From assembly GCA_963842525.1 (NCBI GenBank), contig CAWJGT010000007.1, positions 1-64,000 of the forward strand: 64,000 nucleotides of DNA, written 5' to 3'. Origin of the DNA: an uncultured Holophagales bacterium (GTDB lineage Bacteria; Acidobacteriota; Thermoanaerobaculia; Multivoradales; UBA5704). The translations under genes were made by a program, and so were the position numbers. Of the stretch, positions 49,945 to 60,443 are shown piece by piece. How positions within the stretch are numbered: the first letter of the stretch is position 1; every line of letters begins with the position of its first letter. Under the pieces are notes generated by a model that did no database searches, was not told the DNA's origin, and saw only the letters and a list, made by a program, of their open reading frames with translations.

Positions 49945-52255
49945 GTGCGACCGACCGCCTTCGACCTGGAGCGCCACCTCAACCCGGAGCAGGCCGACGC
50001 CGTCACCCACGGCGACGGTCCGCAGCTCGTCCTCGCCGGCGCCGGCTCGGGCAAGACCCGGGTCATCACCTACCGGATCGGCTGGCTGATCGAAGAGCGC
50101 GGGGTCGATCCCGGGCGGATCGTGGCCATGACCTTCACGAACAAGGCGGCGGGCGAGATGCGCGAGCGGGTCGAGGACCTGCTCGGCATGCACCCGCTGC
50201 CGGCCTCGGTGGGGACGTTCCACCGCTATGGCCTGATCCTGCTGCGCCGCTATGGCGAACGGGTCGGGCTGCGGCGCGACTTCGCGATCCTTGACACGTC
50301 CGACCAGCTTGGCCTGGTCAAGGAGGCGCTCGGCGCCGAAGGGCTCTCCGAGACCGCCTTTTCGCCGCGTGCCGTGCTGCACCAGATCTCCGCGGCCAAG
50401 AACAAGCTCATCGAGGCCGCCGCCTACGAAGCCGCGGCGACCAACTTTTTCGAGAAGAAGGTGGCTGTCCTCTACCGCCGCTACCAGGGGCTGCTGGCCC
50501 AGGCCTCCGGGGTGGACTTCGACGACCTGCTCGCGCTCTCGGTCAAGCTCCTTTCGACCGATCCGGAGATGCGCGAGCGGGTGCGCTCGCGCACCCAATA
50601 CCTGCTGGTCGACGAGTACCAGGACACCAACCACGCCCAGCTCCGGCTCATCCAGGAGCTGATCGGCCCGGCCGGCAACCTGACCGCCGTGGGCGACGAG
50701 GACCAGGGGATCTACCGCTGGCGCGGCGCCGACCTGGACAACATCCTCCAGTTCGAGGCCAGCTTCCCCGGCGCGGTGGTGCGCAAACTGGAACGCAACT
50801 ACCGCTCGACGCAGACCATCCTCGACGTCTCGGGCGCGCTGATCGCCCACAACGTCAACCGTCGCGGCAAGCGCCTGTGGACCGAGAACGGCGCCGGCGT
50901 CAAGGCGGAGCTGTTCAAGGCGAGCGACGAGGGGGACGAGGCGGGATTCGTCGCCGACACCCTCCAGGCGCTGCGCCAGCGCATGAAGCTGGGCGAGCTC
51001 GGCGTCCTGGTCCGTACCAACGCCCAGACGCGGGCGATCGAGGACGAGCTGCTCAGGCGCGAGATTCCCTACTCCCTGGTCGGTGGCGTCCGCTTCTACG
51101 ACCGGTCCGAGATCAAGGACCTGGTGGCCTACCTGCGCACGTTGCGCAACCCGCGCGATAATTTCTCGCTTTTACGGGTGATCAACCAGCCGCCGCGGGG
51201 GATCGGCAAGTCGACCCTGGAGCTGCTGCGCGACCGGGCGGTCGAGCTCGGCCAGCCGCTCTGGGACGTCATCTACCTGGACGACCTCGGCACTCTGCCG
51301 CAGCGCAGCGCCACGGCCCTGCGCAAGTTCCGCGACCTGATCGTTGGCCTGCAGAAGGCCTCTGAGGAGCTGCCGCTCCCCGCCCTGCTCGACCGCCTGC
51401 TCGCCGACACCGGCTTCACGGAGCTCTTCCGCAAGGACGATCCGGACGACCTGGCGCGCATCGAGAACATCCGCGAGTTCCTCTCCGCGGCCCAGGCCTT
51501 CACCGAGTTCGAACAGCTACAACAGCAGCGACCCGGACCTGCTGACGGCCTTCCTCGACCACGTGGCCCTGGTGACCGACCTCGACTCGCTCCAGGAGGA
51601 GAAGGGGGTCTCCCTGATGACCCTCCACAGCGCCAAGGGGCTGGAGTTCCGGGCGGCGATCGTCGCCGGCCTGGAGCATGGTCTCCTGCCGCACTTCAAC
51701 GCCCAGGGGGCAGCGGAGGACATCGAAGAAGAGCGGCGCCTGCTCTACGTCGGCATGACCCGGGCGCGGGAGAAGCTCTACCTGACCTGCTGCCGGCGCC
51801 GCCGCATCGCCGGCCGCTACCAGGACCAGGCCGAATCGCCGTTCCTCAACGAGCTGCCCGACCACCTCCTCGAGGTCCGCCACAGCCCGGACCTCTACGG
51901 CACGGAGCGCTATGACGAGCGGGCCCGGGGCGTCTATGACTTCTTCGGCCAGGGGCGGCCCACGGCCCCGGCCGCCTCCTACCAGCGCCAGCCGTCCTTC
52001 TCGCCAGGAGTGGCGCCGCGCCCGCAGGCCCCTCCGTCTTCGTTCGGCGGCCGGCAGGTGATCCCCGAGCCGCAGGAGGTGGTCGCCCCCCGCCGGCCGA
52101 TCAAGCGCGGCAGCCGAGTCCGCCACCCCACCCTGGGCAACGGCGTCGTCCTCGAATTTGAAGGCCAGGGCGAGGACGCCCGCCTCACCGTGTTTTTCGA
52201 GAAGGCGGGGAAGAGGAAGCTGGTGGCGAAGTTTGCGAATCTGGAGATGTTGTAG
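49945..52255 (+). CDS. pcrA: UvrD/PcrA ATP-dependent DNA helicase; 1-bp frameshift near 51510
   Basis: AGAGSGKT, TFTNKAA, VDEYQD, NYRST; after the shift LMTLHSAKGLEF, EEERRLLYVGMTRA and a Tudor-like tail. Confidence 0.93.
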
Positions 52256-52290
52256 CCCGGGCATTCATGCCCGGGCGGCAGGGCTGCAGT

Positions 52291-54121
52291 TTACCTGGCA
52301 GAAGCAGCCACCCACTCCTTCACACTCTTCTCCAACAAATCGAGCGGCAGTTGCCCATGGCCCAGGATGTGGTCGTGGAAGGCACGGATGTTCGAACCGC
52401 GGCCCCAGCTCTTTCTCGGCATAGCTACGCAGCTCCCGGATCTTCAGCTCGCCGATCTTGTAGACCGGCACCGTGCCCGGCTGCGCGATGATGCGATCGA
52501 CCTCGGTCTCGATGTCGTGCGCGGTCTTGGCGCAGTTGGCCGTGTAATAGTCGATGGCCTGCTGGCGGGTCCACCCCTTGGAATGCACGCCGGTGTCGAC
52601 CACAAGGCGGATCGCCCGCCAGACCTCGTTAGTGAGCTGGCCGAACTTCGAGTAGGGGTCCTTGTAGAGGCCTAGGTCGCTCCCCAGGCTCTCGGCATAG
52701 AGGCCCCACCCTTCTGAAAAGGCGGGATAGACATCCCACTTGCGCCAGTCCGGCAGCTCCCCCAGCTCCTCGACGAGGGCGTACTGGAGGTGGTGCCCGG
52801 GCACGGTCTCGTGCAGGGTGAGCGCCTCCATCCCCCACTTCGGACGCGACTTCAGGTCATAGGTATTGACCAGGAACCAGCCCGGCATACCTCCGGCGAG
52901 CGAGCCGCTGTTGAAATAGGCCGCCGGCGCCGACTTCTCGACCATGGCTCGAACACCATAGGGGAGCCGCGGCAGCCGGCCGAAGAGCTTGATGAGCTCC
53001 GGATCGATCCTCTTCGCGATGTCGCGGTAGCCGGCGACCAGGTCCTCCGGCTTGTCGTAGAAGAAGCGCGGGTCGGTGCGCAGAAAGTGGGAGAACTCCG
53101 CGAAGCTCCCTTTGAAACCGATCGAGACGATGAGCGCGTCCATCTCCTGGCGGATGCGTTTCACCTCGGCGAGGCCGAGCTGGTGGATCTGCTCGGGCGT
53201 CAGATCGGTGGTCGTATGATTCCGCAGCGCATAGGCATACCAGGCCTTGCCGTCCGGCAGGTCGCTCATGGCGATCGACTCGCGGGCGCCCGGGACATAG
53301 GTGTTCGCGAGGAAATCGTGGTACCTGCGCAGGGCCGGCTCCACTTGCTCGGTGAAGAGCCGGAGGGCCTCGCGCCGGAGCCGTTCCCGGTCTGCCGCGG
53401 GAATCGTCTCGGGGATTTTCTGGAACGGCTTCAGGATCGGGCTTTGCCAGGGATCTTTTTGAGGATCCGCGGGGAGCAGCCTCCCGATCCGGTCGGGCAC
53501 GCCGCGCAGAGTCACCCGCGGCGGTGTGATCCCGGCCTCGAGCCCCTTGCGGAGCTGCGCAAGGGTCTGGTCCGTCCACTCGGCGTAACCTTGTAGGCCC
53601 GCCAGCAGGATCTCGTAGTCGTGGAGGGTGTACAGGTCCGACGAGGACTCCGCCGAGCCGGAGCCCATTGTGCTGATCAACAGGTACTCGCTGCGGAAAG
53701 GCTCCAACTCATGGAAGCGTTCCCCCTCGATCCGCATCTCCAGGCGGCGGCGGGCCAGATCGTAATGGACCTGCTCGGCCGGCGTGAGCCGCGAGCGGTC
53801 GATGGAGGAGAGGGCCGCCATCTCCAGCCGGGTGATGCGGCGGATGAGCGCAATCGTCTCCGGCGAGAGGTCGGCCCAGCGGTCTTCGTACCCCGGAACG
53901 CCCACGGCGGCGGCGAGATCGGGAAACGACTGCAGCCGGGCGGCCCAATAGAGCTCGAAGAACCGCTTCAGCCGCGCGCTCTCGCTCTCCTGTCCCCGGG
54001 TGGCCGCGAGCTGTTCGATCTGCCGCGCCGACTCGATGAGCTCCGGCGGCGTGGCGGCAGAGACCGGGGCTGTGGAAGCGAGCAGGAGGATCGCCAGGGT
54101 GAGGGTCGTCTTCTTCTTCAT
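52291..54121 (-). CDS. DUF885 family exported protein; 1-bp frameshift near 52391
   Basis: LTPEQIHQLGL.EV, HETVPGHHLQ, EGWGLYAE, RLVVDTGVH; alternate frame ends DIRAFHDHIL..GQLPLDLLE. Confidence 0.9.
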
Positions 54122-54235
54122 CGCATACCTCCGACGGCCCGGGATCTTACAGCCTGGTCAGCAGACCAACTCACACTGAGCCAGCGTCAGCTCCGCAAAA
54201 CCAGTGTCAGCTCACGCTGGTCCAGCGTCCCCCAC

Positions 54236-54480
54236 CCGGCCCAACGGGCCGGGAGAACGGAGCCCGGGGCTGAGGCCGAAGGCCGATGCCCTGGGCAGAG
54301 AGGCGATCAACCCCCGCGGCCTGAAAGGCCCGCGAGGGCTTCTGCCGGAGCCGGCTCAGCTCTCGGTTCAACCCAGAGGTCTCGCGGCCTTTCAGGCCGC
54401 ATCACCGTGGGGCCTGTTGACCCAGGGTATCGGCCTTCGGCCTCAACCCTGGGCTGGATTCTCCCGGCCCGTTGGGCCGG
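54236..54480. repeat. REPIN/BIME-like nested inverted repeats
   Basis: CCGGCCCAACGGGCCGGGAGA/TCTCCCGGCCCGTTGGGCCGG, GGCCGAAGGCCGAT/ATCGGCCTTCGGCC, CGGCCTGAAAGGCC/GGCCTTTCAGGCCG. Confidence 0.88.
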
Positions 54481-54575
54481 CTTGGCTGCCATGGGGCTGC
54501 GATTCATCGCCGACTTTCCCAGAGGCTCCCATACTTTTCCGTACGCGCTATGCTCTCGCGCCGAGGGGCGCGACG

Positions 54576-54740
54576 ATGTCTACTGCGACGAGCCAACGTG
54601 ACGAACATATCGACCTGAAAGTCTCCCAGGATCTCACCGAGCACGAGTCCCTGACGTTGACCCGTCGTGATTGGGAAGCATTCCTGGCAGCCCTGGACGA
54701 CGCTGACCGGCCGCGCCCGCGGCTCGCGGCGGCCGTGCGC
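54576..54740 (+). pseudogene. internally deleted DUF1778 antitoxin
   Basis: RDEHIDLKVS fused to L.EHESLTLTRRDWEAFLAALD...P.PRL; no GNAT toxin nearby. Confidence 0.6.
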
Positions 54741-54788
54741 CGACTGAGGAGCCGCCTCATCCATCCGGTCCCGGCTGGTCCTGTTGGG

Positions 54789-55352
54789 TCACCGTCCAGG
54801 AAACCGCCGCCGGAGCGCCGTGACGAAGGCCCGGTCGGCCCGGTGTGAGACCAGCTCGAGAGGGGACCGGCCGCGCTTCCAGGCGAGCCAGAAGGCCAGG
54901 GCGAGCAAGACCAGGCTCAGGACGATATTGGGCCAGGCATTCAGCTCCCACTGGCTGCTCCAAGCCCATTGGGCGCGGCTGGAAAACGGGAGGAGATAAG
55001 GGATCGGCCACGGTGAGCCATCCGGCCCGCGCGAGCCTGCCAGGTCGCCCAGAAGGTGGAGGTGGAAGGTGACAAGACAGAGGGCTGCGGTGAGCCCCCG
55101 GCGGCGCCCCAGCGCAAACCCCGCGACGGCAGCGAGCAGGCCGGCGCCCAGGTTGTGCAGCAGCACATGATGGAAGCGGGAGAACCAGAGAAGCGGCTCC
55201 GCCCATCCTCTCGTGGCAATCTCCGCCGCGAAGCCGAGTCCATCCAGATCGGGCGCCACGCCGGCGAGAGTCACCAGAGCCCGGTCGCGCCGATCGAGCT
55301 GAGCGGCTTCGGCGACCGTCCATGACACCAGAAGATGCGTTATCGGATTCAC
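54789..55352 (-). CDS. membrane-bound metal-dependent hydrolase (YdjM-like)
   Basis: NPITH, APDLD, HH.LLHN, HLHLLGDL. Confidence 0.8.
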   Translation of the reverse strand: MNPITHLLVSWTVAEAAQLDRRDRALVTLAGVAPDLDGLGFAAEIATRGWAEPLLWFSRFHHVLLHNLGAGLLAAVAGFALGRRRGLTAALCLVTFHLHLLGDLAGSRGPDGSPWPIPYLLPFSSRAQWAWSSQWELNAWPNIVLSLVLLALAFWLAWKRGRSPLELVSHRADRAFVTALRRRFPGR

Positions 55353-55411
55353 AGGGGAACTTGAACGGGAGACTCAATCCTTGGCGGGTAACAAAGCATT
55401 TGTCTTCACCC

Positions 55412-55492
55412 GCAGCAACGCTTCTGGCGGTGAGCGGCGGAACCGCGCTATTGGCAGTTTCCGCCCGCTCGACCTCGACTGTGGTATTACAC
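55412..55492 (-). mobile_element. degenerate attC-like hairpin
   Basis: Minus strand GGTCGAGCGGGCGGAA...TTCCGCCGCTCACC pairs with two unpaired bases at attC-typical positions; outer R boxes are degenerate. Confidence 0.5.
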
Positions 55493-55499
55493 GCTGCCT

Positions 55500-55679
55500 C
55501 TACCGATTATCCATCTGAGTCGTGCATCCCACACAACTAAAAAAGGTATATGTGCAGTTGTGGGTGCACCCGTATGAACAGTAGGCCGACTCTCCTCCTT
55601 GTACCTGGGCCAACTTCCTACCATTGAGAACGGACAGCGTCTCCTTCTGTAAACGCAGCTTCTTGAGCGCTTTCTTCAT
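55500..55679 (-). CDS. 59-aa RiPP (lanthipeptide-like) precursor, absent from the ORF track
   Basis: AAGGAG RBS; MKKALKKLRLQKETLSVLNGRKLAQVQGG-ESAYCSYGCTHNCTYTFFSCVGCTTQMDNR. Confidence 0.8.
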   Translation of the reverse strand: MKKALKKLRLQKETLSVLNGRKLAQVQGGESAYCSYGCTHNCTYTFFSCVGCTTQMDNR

Positions 55680-56170
55680 GGATCAATTCTCCTTGTGAAA
55701 CGTGTAACCTCTGTCTCACAGATTCGCCGTCACCCCGCGCACAGATTTCTGCGACACAACCTTCCGGTTGACTCCGCTGCCGGACGAAAGGTGTCGAGCG
55801 TGCAAGGTGCTTAATCTCTTCATAGAACAAGCTACACCTCTTCCTAATCCGCGTCAAGACTGGCGAGGCGCTTGGATAAGCATTCTGGCTGGCCCTGTGC
55901 CTCGAAAGTCGCAACTACGTCATGCTCGACGAGCGAAGGAAGTCGGCCAGATAGCATCTGACCCTACGTGCGCTTCGTGTTTCAGTCAGACGGGAAATTC
56001 TTGTGCGTCTGAGAAGATAGACCGGGGCTGGCGCAAAGGATCGATCTGCTGCACGAAATCCCGGGCGCGACGAGGGTCAGCCCGCGCCAAGACCAGGAGC
56101 CCGCCTTCGGGCGGTGCCAAGCACTCCTTCGGCAGACTTCCTCTCTCTTGGTCGGCCACTCCCCAGCTCG

Positions 56171-56425
56171 TCATCGATAAACATCGCGACGATGGCCGGC
56201 ACGATAGACTCGCACTGCCCTGGCTTCGTCGAGAATCTCGTAAAGAACACGATAGTCGCCAACGCGTATCCTGTAGTCCCTCTCCGTGCCGGAAAGCTTG
56301 CGGCAGCCGGGCGGCCTCGGCTCATCGGCCAGGGCTCGGATCTTCTCGAGGATGCGATCGAAGGTTTCGGGAGACAGGCGCTTCAGATCCCTCTCGGCCG
56401 GCTTGGCGAGAAGGATCTCATACAT
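56171..56425 (-). CDS. relE: RelE/ParE family toxin
   Basis: PRPPGCRKLSG...YRIRVGDYRVLYEI...GHRRDVYR. Confidence 0.92.
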   Translation of the reverse strand: MYEILLAKPAERDLKRLSPETFDRILEKIRALADEPRPPGCRKLSGTERDYRIRVGDYRVLYEILDEARAVRVYRAGHRRDVYR

Positions 56426-56621
56426 CCTGGGAGCGCTCGGCAAGGAAGTCGTCGAGGCGCCGGAACTCCAGTGGCTTCTGGCGCATCTCCTCCAGGCACT
56501 TCAGCGCCTCCAGGTCTTCAGCTTTCTCAAGCAACTCGCGGTACTCGGCGAGGCTCAGTATCACGGCCACCGGCCTACCATCCCGAAGCACGATCTCGGG
56601 CGAGGTTGAGCTGTTCTCCAT
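56418..56621 (-). CDS. Phd-like antitoxin
   Basis: DGRPVAVILSLAEYRELLE..EDLE; GGAGG RBS; overlaps relE. Confidence 0.85.
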   Translation of the reverse strand: MENSSTSPEIVLRDGRPVAVILSLAEYRELLEKAEDLEALKCLEEMRQKPLEFRRLDDFLAERSQDV

Positions 56622-56667
56622 AGAAACTACCTCCCAAGCGAGTCTACCAGGGTTCTTGGGAGCCCGG

Positions 56668-56983
56668 TCAGTCCACCTTTAGCGCTGCGGCGACCTCGGC
56701 ACGCGCTTCTTCCAGGGTGGCCGGCCCGAAGCGCAGTGGAATGCCAAGCCGGTGGAAGCGCTCCTGCAGCTCGAAGCGCGAGAGGGAGAGGGAGCTCCGC
56801 GGTCTTGCCGAGACTGATCTCATCGTCCAGATAGGACTGCAGGATTCCGATCGCCGGATCATCTGTCTCCTTGTCGCGTTCTCTTGGATCGATGGCGCAC
56901 AAGGCCAGTGCGCGAAGGAGACGAAAATCCAGAGGCTCGAGGAGGATCACCTGTTCTCTCCCGGAGCTTTCCACGACCGCCAC
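56668..56983 (-). pseudogene. 5'-truncated, frameshifted Phd/UPF0175-like antitoxin
   Basis: VVESSGREQVILL...Y...EISLGKTAEL then, in another frame, LSRFELQERFHRLGIPLR.GP. Confidence 0.6.
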
Positions 56984-57170
56984 GCTTCACAGCGGGTCAG
57001 CGATGCGATGTCGAAGGGGCGCTTGACGTCCATACAGACCATGATGCACACTGGAGATCTGTATGTCCATACCCAAATCGCTTGCGATAGGAACGGCATC
57101 TGCTTCGGATGGGAAGACCTATGAAGGCTGAACTGCTTCGGCGCCTCTCCTGGGGTTTTCGGGGTATCGA

Positions 57171-57326
57171 GCCCCTCATGCGTGCCTACATCGGGCAGGG
57201 GCTGCGGAAGGACCTCGCGCTGCTGCCCGGGCATGAATGCCCGGGCTAGAAACAGCGCCGGGTGAACCCGGCTTCAAGCCCCATTCATGGGGCGCTGTTC
57301 ATAGCCCGGTGATTCATCGCCGGGCT
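57171..57326. repeat. cluster of REP-like palindromes
   Basis: GCCCGGGCATGAATGCCCGGGC, GCCCCATTCATGGGGC, AGCCCGGTGATTCATCGCCGGGCT. Confidence 0.75.
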
Positions 57327-57369
57327 TTCCTCCAGCAACAATCACCATCCCGGTTCGGCGCTCCCTGCC

Positions 57370-57690
57370 GCGCGGACCGCGGTCCCTTTCATACGGACCG
57401 CGAAACACGGTCCGGTCTCACGGTCCGTGCCGCAGGGACCGTGCTCCCTGCGACAGCGAGCCTGAGTCCGGTCAGACGGACCATGGTCCGCGCGACACGG
57501 ACCGCGAAACCAGTCGCGTGTCGGCAGGTCATCTGGCAGGACCCACGGTCCGTGTGACGCGTCTCGCGGTCCGTGTGAGGGGGACCGAGAGTCCAGATCG
57601 TGGTTTCGCGGTCCGCATCGCGCGGAGTCTCGGTCCTCGCGCGAGGACCGCCGGCGCTCCCAGGGCGCTGGGGCAAGCGGCGGTCCGCCT
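57370..57690. repeat. degenerate GGWCC array with ~7-bp phasing
   Basis: 17 GGACC/GGTCC sites counted, most spaced by 7, 14, 21, 28 or 42 bp. Confidence 0.75.
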
Positions 57691-57750
57691 CATCCATCCG
57701 GCCCCAGGTTTCCGTATATCCTCAGGGCGGACTTGCCCCGGGAGGTCTCC

Positions 57751-58857
57751 TTGGCCGCACGCATCCAGCTCCGCGCCCTTGTTTTCGTCCTGGCGGCGGC
57801 CCTCGCCCTGTCTCCGGCCGCCGGAGCGCACGAGCTTGGGAAGGTCCAAGTCTATGCCACCTTCCTGGAGGACGGCACCTATCGGGTCGAGCTGGTGGTC
57901 GACGAGGAGCACCTGACTTCGCAGGACGTGGGCGGGCCGGCGGGGGACACCCGATATGGACCGATCCAGGGGTTGACCGGTGAGGTCGACCGGCGGTTCG
58001 GACGCCTGTTCCGCTCTCTCGTGGACGGTGCGACGATCTCTTTCGACGGCCGGCCTGTCGAGCCCGAGGCCGAGATGGTGCCGCCGGACCCCGATGCGGT
58101 GCCGGGCCGGATGACGCTCCGCCTCCACGGGCCGATCCCGGGCGGAGCGCGCGCCTTCACCTGGTCCGAGTCCGTGCCGGTCGGCCCCTATCCGCTGGTC
58201 CCGCAGAACGAGGGGGATGAGAGCGCTGTCTGGCAGTGGCTGGAGGGAGGTGCCGCGAGCCAGCCCTTCTCGCTCGCGGCGGCGGTGATCCCGCTGAGCC
58301 GGACGGAGGTCGTCGTCCAGTATCTGAAGCTCGGCTTCACCCACATCCTGCCGAAGGGGCTGGACCATATCCTCTTCGTGCTCGGTCTCTTCCTTCTTTC
58401 GCGGCGCCTCAAGCCGCTCCTTCTCCAGGTGACCGCCTTCACGATCGCCCACACGGTCACCCTGGCGCTCAGCATCTACGGCGTGGTGACTCTTCCCTCC
58501 TCGATCGTCGAGCCGCTGATCGCCCTGTCGATCGTTTTCGTGGCGGTCGAGAACATCCTCACCTCGGAGCTGCGGCCGTCGCGGATCGCCCTGGTTTTCG
58601 CCTTCGGCCTGCTCCACGGGCTCGGCTTCGCGGGAGTCCTTTCCGAGCTGGGCCTGCCGCGCTCGGAGTTCCTCCCCGCGCTGCTCAGCTTCAACCTGGG
58701 CGTCGAGGCAGGGCAGCTCGCCGTGATCGGCCTCGCCCTGCTGGCGGTCGGGCTCTTCCGCAACCGGATCTGGTACCGCCAGGCGGTCGTCGTCCCCGCC
58801 TCCTGCCTGATCGCGCTGGTGGGGTTGTACTGGTCTGTGCAGCGCGTTTTCTTCTGA
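57751..58857 (+). CDS. HupE/UreJ family membrane protein
   Basis: Signal ending AGAH; LGFTHI...GLDHILF, AFTIAHTVTL, FGLLHGLGFA, FNLGVE.GQL. Confidence 0.9.
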   Translation: MAARIQLRALVFVLAAALALSPAAGAHELGKVQVYATFLEDGTYRVELVVDEEHLTSQDVGGPAGDTRYGPIQGLTGEVDRRFGRLFRSLVDGATISFDGRPVEPEAEMVPPDPDAVPGRMTLRLHGPIPGGARAFTWSESVPVGPYPLVPQNEGDESAVWQWLEGGAASQPFSLAAAVIPLSRTEVVVQYLKLGFTHILPKGLDHILFVLGLFLLSRRLKPLLLQVTAFTIAHTVTLALSIYGVVTLPSSIVEPLIALSIVFVAVENILTSELRPSRIALVFAFGLLHGLGFAGVLSELGLPRSEFLPALLSFNLGVEAGQLAVIGLALLAVGLFRNRIWYRQAVVVPASCLIALVGLYWSVQRVFF

Positions 58858-58863
58858 TCTCCG

Positions 58864-60099
58864 CTACGGCTGCCTTACCTCCAGGCTGTTGCCGCGCCAC
58901 TCGATGCGCCAGAGCGGATCGCCCCCGACGATGGGCAGCGCGCTCTCCGTGCCTCGGAACCGCGCGACGATGCGGTCCGGGAGCTCCTCCACCTCGTCGG
59001 GCGGCGAGGCGCCGACGCCTTTGAAGGGAACGGCACGCAGGGTCGACCATTTGCCGTCCACGGTCACGGAGGTGCTGGTGTGGGCCGGCTTGTTGCTGTT
59101 GCGGGCCACCTTGTGGTGCATCTGGCGCCCGCCGGTGGTGCCGATCAGGACGACGTCATAGTCCTCCCGGAGGGGAACCGTCTGGCCTTTGAAGGTCAGG
59201 AATCGGTCACGGATGGCCGGGACCGCCGAGGCATCGCCTTCCACGACACGGCGCAGCAGTTGCCGGTCGTCGTCCGTCAGGCCCCAGAGCTCCGCTGGGG
59301 TGTCGGATTCATAGGGTGCGGCCTTCTTGGGCTTCTGCGCGCCGCCGGAACGCTCGAGAGACAGGCCGATCATCGTCAGGCTTTTGGTGATGTCCTCGAC
59401 TTCGGAAACCTTCGTGGGCCGGCCGTTCACCCTGACCACGCCCTCGCCGTCCAGGAAAAACGCCGGGCCATCGGGGAGGGGCAGCTCGCGTTGATACCGC
59501 TTGAACTTCCGCGGCAGGTTGAGCGCCCACGCGACGACCACGCCGACGAGAGACTGCCCTCCGGCCACGGCCTGGTTCTGCCGCTCCCCGGCCATCGCGA
59601 CAGCCGCGCCGGATGGATTGAAGCGGGTGTGTGAAGGCACATCGCGGAGCTCCCCTCCGAGCACCGCCTGGCCTCCCGTGATCGGGGAGGGCACGGTAAG
59701 GAGCGCCTGCCAGGCCCAATTGGCGCGCAGGGCGGCGTCGATCAGCTCGAGCGCATCCGCGTCTCCCGCCGCCCGGGCCTGCCGGCGGGCCTCCAGCCAG
59801 GCCGCCTCCTGGCCCGTCGTGTAGAGCAGCGAGCCCAGCTCCATCCCCCAGAGGCCCGTGGCGAGCCACGTCTCCGCCAGCTCCTTGAAGAAGCCGAACC
59901 TTCCATTGGCCGCTTCCCACGTGGGGCGGAAGTTGGCGGAGCCGGGATGATTGACCCATCGCTCGCGGATCGGCGATCCGGGCTGGTCCAGCGCGGGAAT
60001 GTGGAACGGGCCCGGGTCGCGGCCGATGAGCGCATTCAGGAGCGCGGCATCTCCCAGCGTGCGGCCCTCGTTGAATTCTGTTACGACGTTCCTCGCCAC
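58864..60099 (-). CDS. hypothetical protein
   Basis: AGGAGGT RBS before GTG 60099; normal globular composition, no motif recognised. Confidence 0.65.
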   Translation of the reverse strand: MARNVVTEFNEGRTLGDAALLNALIGRDPGPFHIPALDQPGSPIRERWVNHPGSANFRPTWEAANGRFGFFKELAETWLATGLWGMELGSLLYTTGQEAAWLEARRQARAAGDADALELIDAALRANWAWQALLTVPSPITGGQAVLGGELRDVPSHTRFNPSGAAVAMAGERQNQAVAGGQSLVGVVVAWALNLPRKFKRYQRELPLPDGPAFFLDGEGVVRVNGRPTKVSEVEDITKSLTMIGLSLERSGGAQKPKKAAPYESDTPAELWGLTDDDRQLLRRVVEGDASAVPAIRDRFLTFKGQTVPLREDYDVVLIGTTGGRQMHHKVARNSNKPAHTSTSVTVDGKWSTLRAVPFKGVGASPPDEVEELPDRIVARFRGTESALPIVGGDPLWRIEWRGNSLEVRQP

Positions 60100-60277
60100 G
60101 ATCACACCTCCTGGGCCGGGCGGCCCGGAAAAACAGTCGCTCAAGGTGCTAGACGACTATCGTAGATCTTTTCCCTCCGGCCGGCGTATCCAGGTGGCGG
60201 AGCGGGACACCGGACGTGCCGGTCCCGGACCACCTGGCCGATCCCCTGGCCTTCGCGGTCCGGCTGCTCGCGGAGTA

Positions 60278-60425
60278 GGCCCTCACCCCCGACCCCTCTC
60301 CCATCCGCACTCCCTTCCCCCGGGAGAGGGGGGTAAAAATGCACTGTCAGGAAACTTCTGGATGGGGGCTCCCCTCTCCCGGGCGGGTGTGAGTGCGGAT
60401 GGGAGAGGGGTCGGGGGTGAGGGCC
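60278..60425. repeat. REP/BIME-like long inverted repeat, second copy
   Basis: Same arms as 11977-12119 with a different central spacer. Confidence 0.85.
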
Positions 60426-60443
60426 CAGGGCGACGCCGGTCTT

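Noticed and set aside
55618-55914. 98-aa ORF as the gene of the low-GC patch
   Set aside because: No RBS or recognisable features; the overlapping 59-aa frame has an RBS and a coherent precursor structure.
55986-56174. 62-aa ORF coupled to the relE stop
   Set aside because: No recognisable motif; may be a remnant or chance ORF.
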